64,000 bases of DNA, taken from NCBI GenBank assembly GCA_963829055.1, contig CAWHHI010000004.1, positions 832,001 through 896,000 of the forward strand, read 5' to 3'. Below the pieces are notes generated by a model. The model was not told the DNA's origin. It searched no databases and worked only from the letters and a program-made list of their open reading frames with translations. This DNA comes from an uncultured Gemmatimonadaceae bacterium (GTDB lineage Bacteria > Gemmatimonadota > Gemmatimonadetes > Gemmatimonadales > Gemmatimonadaceae). Numbering within the stretch: position 1 is the stretch's first letter; each line of letters begins with the position of its first letter. The position numbers and the translations under genes were made by a program. Of this stretch, positions 9,552 through 21,661 are shown piece after piece.

Positions 9552-11577
9552 TCAGTGGGTCGGCTTGCCTAACGCAACGTGCACGCGCTTCGGCGCCGCC
9601 ACCGGGATGCCGCGATCGAACCGATACGCGCCGTCCCGATATAACTCGTCCGCCGTCTGGAAATACGCGATCGCATCCTCGACGAGCATCCGGCCGCTCG
9701 CGTCAGGCACCGGGACGCGGTGCAGCCCGCCGCTCGCATCGAGATCGTACACCGTGGCGGCTCCCCGCAGGCCCAGGACCGCCAGCCGCTGTCCGCGCAT
9801 GAGCGCGATCTCGTTGTTGTGCGTCATCACGGCGAGCCCGGAGCGAGGCTCCGGCGAGAGCACGTCTCGTCCGAAGAATTTCGAATCGTAGTCACCGCCT
9901 AACAATCCGAGCACCGTTGGCGGGATGTCCATCGACGACGCGATGTCGTTCAGTCGCACGCCGGCCTTCACAATGCCTGGTGCGTAGAACACGACCGGAA
10001 TGGTGTAGCTGGGTAGCGGAATCTCAGCCGCGCCGTACACGCGTGGACCGTGATCGCCCATCAGCACGAAGACCGTGCTGTCGAAGAACGCATGCGTGCG
10101 GGCTTGCCGAATGAATCGTCCGAGTGCCCAATCCGCGTACTGCACGACGTTCGTCCGCTTGCGCTCGTCCGGATCCGCCTTGATGCGGCCGGCGGGATAG
10201 GTGTACGGCCGATGGTTCGATACGCTGAGCACGAGCGTGTAGAACGGCTTGCCGATGGCGTGCAGCGAATCCATCTCGGCGAGCGTCTTGTCGAAGATCG
10301 CCTCGTCGGCCACGCCCCACGCTGTGGTGAAGCCGCCTGCGGGATAGTCCTTCTGCTCGATCACGTGCTCGATGCCGTTGTTCCGCATGTACGCGCCCAT
10401 CCCGTCGAACACCGCGCGCCCGCCGTACACGAACTGGGTAGCGTAGCCGCGCGAGCGCAGAAGGGCGGGGAGCGTGAACAGATCCACCGATTCCGCTCGG
10501 CGCACGACGGAGATGCCGGGCAGTGGCGGCAGGGACGACGTCGTCGCTTCGAGCGCGCGGATCGTGCGGTTGCCCGTCGAGAACGCTCGAGTGAGCAGCG
10601 TACCTTCGGCTGCGATAGAGTCGAAGTGTGGCGTCAGGCTCGCGCCGCTGTCCGGATGCAGTGTGCCAATGAACTGTGACCCGAGACTCTCTTCGAGCAC
10701 CACGACGACGTTCAGCCGTCGGGCTGGTCGAGTCGCAGCCACGTGACGGAGTGTGGTGTGCGGCGCGAACGCGGCGATGGGCGACTCCGCGTCGGTGAGC
10801 AACCCTCGAAGGCGCGGAATCGTCACCGCGCTGTTGCGCGTCGCGTACAGTGCGTCGTAGCTCGTACCCTGTCCCCAGAACGCCTGCCAGAACGCGTAGT
10901 AGCCGTTCGACGCGACCTCGTTCAGCGCCCGGTCCTCTGATACGTGCGCGATCTTCGGCGACATGGTCAGCGAAAGCGCAGCCAGCACCAGGACATACGC
11001 AGCGGCGAGCTTCAGTCGGCCACGGAGCGGGGCTGCCGCGGTAATCGAATTCCGAATCCGGTGCCGTCCGAGGTAGACAATGGCACCGGCTACGATTGCG
11101 ATGGCTGCGACGATCCACCCAGTCGGATAGCTCTCCCAGAATGTTGTTGACTACCTCGGTCGGATAGATGAGGTAGTCGACGGCCACGAAGTTGAACCGC
11201 CCGTCGAACTCCGAAAAGAACAACACCTCGGCCATCGCGACGAACAGCGCACCTCCCGTGGCAACGGCGATCGTTGCGAACAGGAGCGCGCGGTTCGTCC
11301 GGCGCCCGAGCCAGCGCGCGGTCGCGAACGTCAGGTATAGCACGAGCGGCAACAACAGCCACAGCGTGACGAGAACGTCGTATGTGGCGCCCGTCGCGAA
11401 TGCGCGCGCGATCGCCGGCCAACGGTTCGCGGGCCAGCCGCCGTGCACGGCAATGAGCACGGCTCGCGTGACAAGCGAGAGCACGAAGACCACCGCGGCC
11501 AGCATCGCCGCCGCGGAATAGCGCGCGAAGGGAATCGCCGCGTGACGTGCGGCGCGACTTTCAGTCGACAGTTGCAT
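9552..11577 (-). CDS. LTA synthase family sulfatase-like protein; one frameshift near 11140
   Basis: N-terminal TMs with RFNFVAVDYLIYPTEV; after removing one T the frame continues IWESYP; catalytic domain VVVLEES, GNRT, SVSNHRPY, GDHG. Confidence 0.88.
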
Positions 11578-11726
11578 AGGGGAGAAATGTCGTCGGCGCG
11601 TATGAATCGACGATTAACTCGCCGATGACGGCGAGCGCGCCTCTGTTAAACGCCACCAATGCGGCGTGCGCGGACAACGTGCCCCGATTTATCGGGAATT
11701 CAGGTCCCGACTCTAGCCTGCTAGTC

Positions 11727-13337
11727 ATGCGGTATCAGCGTCTGATCATTGGCGTCACGGCGGCGATGGCCGTATACGCGTCCTCCGTCGACGCGCAGCA
11801 GTGCGATACCGTTTCGTCTCGCACGTCGATGAGCGCGCTCACCGGCGCCCGCATTCGGTCGCTTCGGATCGTCACCGAGGGCCCGCCGGAGTTCCCGGGC
11901 ATGGCCCGGGCGCTCGACAAGCTTCACGTCCGAACTCGCGAACAAACCGTCCGTCGCCAGATTCGTTTTGCGGCCGGCGACACCATCGACACGCTCGCGG
12001 TAGGGGAGTCGATCCGGCGGCTGCGCGGCCTCCGCTATCTGCGCGATGTCGAGCTGCGCGGCATCCGGTGCGACGGGCAGGACGCGGATCTCGTGCTGGC
12101 AACGCGCGATGACTGGAGCGTCAAGCCGAAACTGCAGATGCGCTCCGCCGGCAGGGCGGAGATAGGCGTGACCGAGCGCAATCTGCTGGGTTCGGGGCGC
12201 GAGCTCGCGATGCACGTGCGCAGTCAACAGGGCAGGATCGGCGTCGGCGCGACGTTCAACGATCCGTGGTTTCTCGGGTCGCGAATCGGCGCCGTCCTCG
12301 GACAGGATACCTATCGCGACGGCAGCGAGCTCTCGGCCACGTTGCGTCTGCGGGAGGAAACCGTTCTGGCTCCGTGGGGTGCCGAGCTCGCGGGGCTCGA
12401 CTCACGTTATGAGCCGGCTGGGCCGGGACACGATCAGTTCGAGCGATCGTCGGTGCATCTGCTCGTGCGCCGCAGTCTGCTCTCGACTCGGGTCGCGGTG
12501 ACATCCGTGCTCGCCGGCGCCGAGACGGAGCGCGCCGATCTGCTGGCGGGGCTGAACGCGCCCATCGTTGGCCCGGGGCGGGCGTCCCGCAACTTCACTG
12601 GCCTCTCGCTCGGGGCTGCGCGCGCATCCGTCGCGTACGACACGCTGACCTGGATGTTGCCTAACAACGCCATCGTGGATGTCCCACTCTCGTTCGAGGG
12701 TGAGGCTGTCGTGGGCGTTGGGCGCGACGCGGTGCTCGACATGCCGATGATGCATCTCGACCTGTGGACCGGCAAAGCCTGGCTTTTGTCGCGGCGCAGT
12801 CTCGCGGTGGCAGACCTCTGGGCGTCGGGCTACAGCTCCACGCGCGGTTGGGATGCCGTGGCGTTTCGCGGATCGTTCGGCTATTACCGGGCGGCGAAGC
12901 GAGGCTTCTGGTCCTCTCGACTCACGGCCGAGCGGCTGCTGAATCCGGACCCGGACGTTCGGACGTTCGTGACGATCGACCCGACGGCACGGCTGCTCCC
13001 CGATCGGGATCGACTGGCCGAGGGCGCGCTCGGGTTCACGGTGGAGCGCGACGTTAGGCTGCGATCGCTGACGCGATCCTGGGCGCTGGACGGAGCCTTG
13101 TTCGGCGCCGCGTCATCACGCTGGGAAGCGGTGTCGCCGAGTCCGGAGCACGTGGACGTGGCGACGCTGGGTATTGGCCTGCGCCTGACGCCGACGCGCG
13201 TCGGTCGCGGGACGGCGCGGCTGGATCTGGGCATTCCGGTCGCCGGCTCGTCGCTCGCGAAGCGCGGCGTCTACTTCGGCATCGGCCTGTCACCGTGGTG
13301 GGGCGACGAAAGGCACAGGGCGGGTCGAAGAGACTGA
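11727..13337 (+). CDS. BamA/TamA-like POTRA-domain outer membrane protein
   Basis: Signal peptide, POTRA-like LHVRTREQTVRRQIRFAAGD...ESIRRLRGLRYL, TRDDWS, TERNLLGSG, alternating beta-strands. Confidence 0.7.
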   Translation: MRYQRLIIGVTAAMAVYASSVDAQQCDTVSSRTSMSALTGARIRSLRIVTEGPPEFPGMARALDKLHVRTREQTVRRQIRFAAGDTIDTLAVGESIRRLRGLRYLRDVELRGIRCDGQDADLVLATRDDWSVKPKLQMRSAGRAEIGVTERNLLGSGRELAMHVRSQQGRIGVGATFNDPWFLGSRIGAVLGQDTYRDGSELSATLRLREETVLAPWGAELAGLDSRYEPAGPGHDQFERSSVHLLVRRSLLSTRVAVTSVLAGAETERADLLAGLNAPIVGPGRASRNFTGLSLGAARASVAYDTLTWMLPNNAIVDVPLSFEGEAVVGVGRDAVLDMPMMHLDLWTGKAWLLSRRSLAVADLWASGYSSTRGWDAVAFRGSFGYYRAAKRGFWSSRLTAERLLNPDPDVRTFVTIDPTARLLPDRDRLAEGALGFTVERDVRLRSLTRSWALDGALFGAASSRWEAVSPSPEHVDVATLGIGLRLTPTRVGRGTARLDLGIPVAGSSLAKRGVYFGIGLSPWWGDERHRAGRRD

Positions 13338-13343
13338 GCCGCC

Positions 13344-13493
13344 GGGAACTGCAAGCTGGGTGCTGGGTGGTCGTGCTGGTTGCTGGGTGACGCTGCGTGC
13401 AGCGTGCAGCGCGTGGTGTACCGGGCGCTAATGGCAGCAGCGGGCAGCGTGCCGCCGCAGCATGCAGCCGTCGGCAATGTGCCAGCGTGCAGC
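13344..13493 (+). repeat. ~150-bp dispersed repeat built on degenerate 7-mers (copy A)
   Basis: Aligns along its length with the reverse complement of 27757-27919; partial copy at 31109-31155. Confidence 0.85.
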
Positions 13494-13513
13494 AGTTTGC
13501 AGTCGCGTTAGCG

Positions 13514-13951
13514 TTAGGTGACTGTATCCGCCGGCTGCAGCAGCGAGAACAGCGGCGCGAGTGCCTCGACTCGGCACCAGCCGCGCGCCGGCCGGACCGC
13601 CACCATGAACTGCGCGCCAACCGGCTTCACGACCTGCGCGTACGCCGTCCAGAACGCACGCTCTCGTGGCAGGAACTCCTCGTACTGCACCACCGACGTC
13701 GGATCGGCCGCGTCGACCACGAACGTCACCCGTTCCTTGCCTGACGAGACCCGCAGATGTGGTACCACTGTGGCCTGCTCGCCGAACACCGCGATGGCAA
13801 GGCCGCTGAGCGTCTTCTGAAACTCATCGAGACGCTGCCGTCCGATCGCCCGTTGCACCGCTGCGCGACGCGCGACGGACTGGCCCAGTCCGCGACGCTC
13901 CTCGAAGCCACTGCCTGGCTTCCGACCGCCGGAATTCTCTGCCCCACTCAT
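13514..13951 (-). CDS. Hypothetical protein
   Basis: ATG preceded by GAGG; host-like codon usage; no recognised motif. Confidence 0.55.
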   Translation of the reverse strand: MSGAENSGGRKPGSGFEERRGLGQSVARRAAVQRAIGRQRLDEFQKTLSGLAIAVFGEQATVVPHLRVSSGKERVTFVVDAADPTSVVQYEEFLPRERAFWTAYAQVVKPVGAQFMVAVRPARGWCRVEALAPLFSLLQPADTVT

Positions 13952-14167
13952 GGCCGCCTCTCGGATCGTGTGGACGAGGACCGCGGGACACGCTGACGAT
14001 GCTTGCAATCGCAAAGGATGGACCCCGGCTCTGGTGCCAGTTGCGAAACCACCGGCCCCGACCCAATGGGCTGATACCTAACCGACGACGCTGCCGGTTT
14101 CGGCGCGGCTCATTTCGAGTTCGCCGACGCGATTGGTGTCTCGCGGCAACCTCAGCGAACGCGTCGT

Positions 14168-14674
14168 CTACTCGCGTTGCGGCACGCGCTCCTTGTCTCG
14201 ACCACCGGCGTCTCGACTAGCGACGTGATCGAGCTCGGCGAGTGGAATGAGAGAAGCGAAGGGACCGTAGATCAGCTCCACATCCGCGGCAGGCACGACG
14301 TCGCGCACGAGCAGCGCGATGGCCGCCAGCGTCGCCGCATACTGGACGCCGGCCTCGGTCAACCCCTGCGCGCCAGCACCCGCCAGGTGATCGAGCCGCC
14401 ACCAGCCGCCGCGGCGGACCACGTCTGTGAGGTCCTCGATCACTACTTCCTGTGCGGCCTGTCGCCTCGTTTCGCGCATGGCCTGCCCGACGGCGCCTTC
14501 CGCCGTGAACCAGGCCGTCGCGTCGTCGGTCACGGCCGCGCGCCAGCCGCGGCCGACGACCTCGAGGTCACCGACATCGAGTCGTGCGAGCCGGTGCACG
14601 AAGGCGAGCGCCGCCGCCAGGTCTCCGTCGGGGGCGTTGTGATCCGTCATCACGTGCGCCACTCCTGGGTGCAC
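14168..14674 (-). CDS. Hypothetical protein (helical)
   Basis: 168-aa ORF with natural composition; the overlapping + strand ORF extension reads like antisense. Confidence 0.6.
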   Translation of the reverse strand: MHPGVAHVMTDHNAPDGDLAAALAFVHRLARLDVGDLEVVGRGWRAAVTDDATAWFTAEGAVGQAMRETRRQAAQEVVIEDLTDVVRRGGWWRLDHLAGAGAQGLTEAGVQYAATLAAIALLVRDVVPAADVELIYGPFASLIPLAELDHVASRDAGGRDKERVPQRE

Positions 14675-15094
14675 CGGTGGTCGAGACGGTCTCCGAACGA
14701 ATCGGATGGAAGCCCAAGCAATTCGCGCGCCTCATGCGCCATCGAGCCGCCGCCGCTCTCGCGTGGTCGTTGGTTGCCGGCCGGGTGCCCAGATCGACCT
14801 CGACTGCAACGAGGTGGTGCAGACGGCCTGAGTAGGAGCGGCGGCCGCGGCCATCACGGGGACACTAGCGGGAAGCGCTCACCGAGCAGCAGCATCAGCC
14901 ATTCGGATTCGGAGTGGAACAGTGCAGCAAACAGCTCGGCTCCTGATCGCGGTGAACCTCACCATGTGCGTTGCGGCTCACGCACGGGCGCTGTTCACGG
15001 AAAGGCTGATATCGTTAGGTATGACACAGCCCATGACCCCCGTTGCGGGCCCTTGCTTACTGCACCCACGTCTGGAATGCGGGCCAGCCAAGCC

Positions 15095-16330
15095 ATGACG
15101 TCCCTGGATCGACGTTCTTTTGTTGCGGCCGCCGCTTCGATGGCCGCCGCTTCCGTCGTCGGCCAACCGGCGCCCGTCGCGACGACAGCTGAGCCCATCA
15201 GCCGAGGTGACGATCCGCTCGGCGTTCGAGGCGACTTTCCGATCGTCAACGAGCGGACGTTCCTCAACTCCGCGTACATCGCGCCGATCCCGACGCAGGT
15301 GGTGACCGCGGGGCACGCGTTCCTGCAGGAGAAGGCACGGAACTCGTTTCAGCTTGGCCCGCTCCTGAAAAAATGCGATGAGGTGCGCGCGCAGTTCGCT
15401 CGACTGATACGCGCCGCGTCCGCGGACGAGATTGGACTCCTCTTCTCGACTGCCGAAGGCGAGAACGTCGTAGCCGCTGGGCTCGGCCTCGAGGCAGGCG
15501 ACAACGTCGTCATCGACGAGCTGCACTACGACACGGAATTCGTCTTGTATCGCATGCTCGAGAAGCTGAACGGCGTCGAGCTGCGCATCGCGAAGCATCG
15601 CGACGGCGTGGTCGACGCAACCGACTTCGAGCCGCTCGTTGATGCGCGCACGCGGCTCGTGTCCGTTGCCTGGGTCTCGCACAAGAATGGATTCCGGCAT
15701 GACATGAGGCCGATCGCTGACGTCGCCCATGCCAAGGGCGCGCTCGTCTACGTGGATGCGATTCAAGCGGTCGGCATGTTTCCGATCGACGTCGTGGCAT
15801 CGGGGATCGACGTGCTGTGCGCCGGTTCGTACAAATGGCTGCTCGCCGGTTGGGGCGTCGCCCCACTCTACGTGCGTACGTCGATCGCCGATCGTCTCCG
15901 GATCGACCGCTATGGTGAGATGAACGCTGGTCGGGAGCTGCCGGACCACAGCTACGAGATCCCAACGAACGCGAAGCGGTTCGACTACTCGAGCCGAGCG
16001 TTCGGCGATGTGTACGCACTCAGCGCTGGCCTCGCATACCTCGACAAGGTGGGGGTCGACCGAATCGAGGGGCACACGATCGACCACCTCGCCCGCCGGC
16101 TTCAGGAGGGCCTGGAGAAACAGGGCCACCGCCTCTTCACCCCACCGGGAAACCGATCGTCGATCGTCACGTTCTATACGGCCAAACTCGCGAGCGACGT
16201 TAGGTCGGCGTTTCAGTCTGCGAACATCGAGGTCACGGTGCGTGAGGGAACGGTGCGGATATCGCCCGCGCTGTTCAACAACGCGGACGATATCGACCGC
16301 TGCCTCGCCACGACGAAGAAGCTCGTGTAG
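15095..16330 (+). CDS. Tat-exported class V PLP-dependent aminotransferase (cysteine desulfurase-like fold)
   Basis: Twin-arginine signal LDRRSFV; FLNSA, VDAIQAVG, PLP lysine in GSYKWLL, VRISPALFN. Confidence 0.88.
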   Translation: MTSLDRRSFVAAAASMAAASVVGQPAPVATTAEPISRGDDPLGVRGDFPIVNERTFLNSAYIAPIPTQVVTAGHAFLQEKARNSFQLGPLLKKCDEVRAQFARLIRAASADEIGLLFSTAEGENVVAAGLGLEAGDNVVIDELHYDTEFVLYRMLEKLNGVELRIAKHRDGVVDATDFEPLVDARTRLVSVAWVSHKNGFRHDMRPIADVAHAKGALVYVDAIQAVGMFPIDVVASGIDVLCAGSYKWLLAGWGVAPLYVRTSIADRLRIDRYGEMNAGRELPDHSYEIPTNAKRFDYSSRAFGDVYALSAGLAYLDKVGVDRIEGHTIDHLARRLQEGLEKQGHRLFTPPGNRSSIVTFYTAKLASDVRSAFQSANIEVTVREGTVRISPALFNNADDIDRCLATTKKLV

Positions 16331-16350
16331 GGGTTGTCATTTCGGCGACT

Positions 16351-16380
16351 TGTCATTCCGAGCGAAGTCGAGGAATCCCC
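16351..16380 (+). repeat. Left half of the REP-like element
   Basis: TGTCATTCCGAGCGAAGTCGAGGAATC matches the left arms at 3168 and 30111; no right arm nearby. Confidence 0.7.
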
Positions 16381-16409
16381 CTGCGTCTCGGTGGGAGGGT
16401 CGAGCCGCT

Positions 16410-19021
<2,612 letters not shown>

Positions 19022-19166
19022 CCGCTCCCTCCCGTGTGCGTTCTCGATCACCGCCGCATGCTCGGTCATCCCAACCCCGTTAGGCATCATACCGGGCGCG
19101 ACCGGCGAATCGTGCCTCTCATATCCGAAGGTTTGAGATTCGGCCGGCGATGATGCGACATGCCCC

Positions 19167-19200
19167 CGGGCTTCCGGCAAGTCCCCCGGGGCGCTATAAC
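19167..19200. promoter_or_regulatory. Rifamycin-associated element (RAE)-like palindrome with adjacent TATAAC -10-like box
   Basis: CGGGCTTCCGGCAAGTCCC (19167-19185) matches 16/19 positions of the RAE consensus as I recall it (GGGGCTTGCGGCAAGGCCC); about 145 bp upstream of rph. Confidence 0.75.
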
Positions 19201-19688
19201 TTGTGAGTGGCAAGGAAGGGGGTGCTCCCCTCCCGCTGGTCCGGTGTGGACGGACGAGCCTTTGCGTTGGCGGCGGCTGTGCGGAAGCGGACCGTGGGCC
19301 CAGTATGGTCTCCGTCGGCCTACGGATCCAGCCGCCTAACGAGGAGTGCTTCCCGCTTCAGCGAAGCCGGTTCGAACCTCGTCGAGAGCGTCGCCATTCC
19401 TTTGGCGGCACGCTTCGGGTTCGTGATCGCCACGGTCGCAGTGCGATGACCAGATGCCGATCGCAGCCGTGCTCGCACATGACACGTGCTGCGCCCGTCT
19501 GGCGGCGCATCAGGGAACAGAGGCTTCCCAGAAGAGCTCGGCTAGGTAATCGCGAGACGCTCCTACAAGCATCCGCGAGCTGAGCCATTGGTGCTACCGC
19601 CACGACCCCTGTCCCGCAACGACTAGAACCGGAAGCCGATGGTCCGCGGCCGGTGACGGTCGGAGAACGGATGATTCCGGCCGGCCCG

Positions 19689-21098
19689 TCACGAGAGCAG
19701 ATACGCGATCACGTCCGCCGCGGAATAACGCTGACGCTTGCCAAGAAACCGATGCATGCGAAGCAACTCGTCGCCGCTTGTAACGATGGGTGGCTCGACC
19801 GCGTCCCCGCGCAGTTGCGCGTACCCCGCACTCGCAAGCAGGCCGTTGCAGAGACAGCGGCGACCGACCGTGTCGGCGATTGCACCGCCTTTCGCGACGT
19901 ACGCGTCGACGGGTTCGGCGGCGCAGCGGTAGACGAGCCGTCCGGTGTCCGTTCGCACTGGCGTGCGCAGATATCCAATGTCGCAGACGCGTTGTCGCTC
20001 CGCGTGATTGGAGCGATCGTGAAGCGATACGACCTTGAACGGATAGCCTGTTGGTGAAGCCCGCGGATCGGTGTGGATGGAGACACGTCGATCTCTCACG
20101 GCATTGAGCGTTTCCTGCTTCGTGCTGTCATTGAGCCCAGACTCGTCGCAGAACGCAAATAGAGTCCCGACCTGAATCCCGGCCGCGCCTGTTGCCATCG
20201 CCTCGCGTCGGCCTTCGGGTGAACCAACCCCGCCCGCGATCCAGAAGGGAAGCGACAGCTCGCGCAACTTCGTGAGGTCGACGACATCGCGATCGCCGTA
20301 GATCGGCTCTCCGCGATCTGTGAGTTGAAGCTCGCCTCGCGGCGGTGCGTTGTGGCCACCGGCATTCGGTCCTTCGACGACGAAGCCATCAACTCGTCCG
20401 TTGGACTTACGCGCGAGCGTGGTTGCGAGCGACGCCGCCGCCACGACCGCGATGAAGCGCGGTCGCTCGACGGTGGGAGGCGGCGCGGACCAAAACGACA
20501 TCGGGTCGAATCGCAGCTCGTCGATCGTGTCGCGCCCCGACCCTTCTACGTCGAATCGCATCGTCGCCGTCCGGTGCTCGGCGAGTGCGTCGAGGACGCC
20601 AGGAATCTCACGAGGTATCCCTGCACCCATGAGCACGAAGTTGACGCCCGCCAGCATTGCTCCGTACAATGATGCCGTGTTAGGCATTTGAACCTTCGTC
20701 AGTAGATTGATGCCTACCGGTCCCCCGTGTCCGTCTTTGGCGAGCCACACTTCAACGAAGTTGGCCAGGATCGTGACGCGCTGTTTTGCGGCGCTCACCG
20801 TCTGCTTGTACATCGGGAGCAACTTGTATGGCACCCCCGCAGGGCGACCGTTCGCGTTGAAGTAGCGGTCGAGAATTTCCTGCGCGACACCTGGGATCGG
20901 AAATCGCTCCATCGCTCGCCGAACGTGACCACCGCGATCTCCGTCCTGAAGGCGCCGGATGAGCACCGTGTCCATTCCCGTTCCCGAGATGACGCCGAGC
21001 TGTCCAGTGCGCGACACGGCATTTGCGAGTCGCCAGCTCGAGACAGCGACGCCCATGCCGCCCTGGATGATCTGAGGGAGGCTTTCGAGAGTTGGCAC
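19689..21098 (-). CDS. Nitronate monooxygenase family flavoprotein
   Basis: IIQGGMGVAVS, LMGAGIP, VVEGPNAGGH, AGGVGS, GIQVGTLF. Confidence 0.9.
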   Translation of the reverse strand: MPTLESLPQIIQGGMGVAVSSWRLANAVSRTGQLGVISGTGMDTVLIRRLQDGDRGGHVRRAMERFPIPGVAQEILDRYFNANGRPAGVPYKLLPMYKQTVSAAKQRVTILANFVEVWLAKDGHGGPVGINLLTKVQMPNTASLYGAMLAGVNFVLMGAGIPREIPGVLDALAEHRTATMRFDVEGSGRDTIDELRFDPMSFWSAPPPTVERPRFIAVVAAASLATTLARKSNGRVDGFVVEGPNAGGHNAPPRGELQLTDRGEPIYGDRDVVDLTKLRELSLPFWIAGGVGSPEGRREAMATGAAGIQVGTLFAFCDESGLNDSTKQETLNAVRDRRVSIHTDPRASPTGYPFKVVSLHDRSNHAERQRVCDIGYLRTPVRTDTGRLVYRCAAEPVDAYVAKGGAIADTVGRRCLCNGLLASAGYAQLRGDAVEPPIVTSGDELLRMHRFLGKRQRYSAADVIAYLLS

Positions 21099-21373
21099 GG
21101 ATACCGGGGACTGGTGGAGGTTGGTGAGCTATGGTGCCAACTTCACCGCCATGAGACCCGCGTGCTGTCGGGAGAGTCCGGACGTTTCGTCGGGAAAGTC
21201 CTCATGCGTGCCACGCGTCCGCAATCACTACCGCTCGTATCGCGGCTCCACGATCCGACGCGACCAGTAGTACGCCGCTCGGCACTCCGAGGGAATCCAC
21301 CGATGCGTCATCGCGCCCCGGGATGCAGAAACCCCCTGTCAGCGAAGCAACTCGCTAGCAAGGGGTTCATAAG

Positions 21374-21447
21374 TCGGGGCGACTGGATTTGAACCAGCGA
21401 CCTCCTGCTCCCGAAGCAGGCGCGCTACCGGGCTACGCTACGCCCCG
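21374..21447 (-). tRNA. tRNA-Pro(CGG)
   Basis: CGGGGCGTAGCGTAGCCCGGTAGCGCG-CCTGC TT CGG GA GCAGG-...GGTTCAAATCC; cloverleaf closes. Confidence 0.97.
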
Positions 21448-21472
21448 AAGTTCCTGCCCATCTGTGTTCCGC

Positions 21473-21549
21473 TGGCGCGCCCGGAAGGACTCGAACCTCC
21501 AACCTTCTGATCCGTAGTCAGATGCTCTATCCAATTGAGCTACGGGCGC
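21473..21549 (-). tRNA. tRNA-Arg(ACG)
   Basis: GCGCCCGTAGCTCAATTGGATAGAGC-TCTGA CT ACG GA TCAGA-...GGTTCGAGTCC; encoded CCA. Confidence 0.97.
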
Positions 21550-21661
21550 CTAGCGATAAACGTCTGGCGGAATACCAAGCGACGCAACACGACACAAAAG
21601 TGCCGCGCAACGTCGCTGGCAAGTCGCGCAAGGTATCCGGACGCCTCCCCATCGTCAAGCG

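Noticed and set aside
14177..15094. Long N-terminal extension of the aminotransferase
   Set aside because: Antisense to the gene at 14168-14674; the Tat signal at 15095 marks the likely start.
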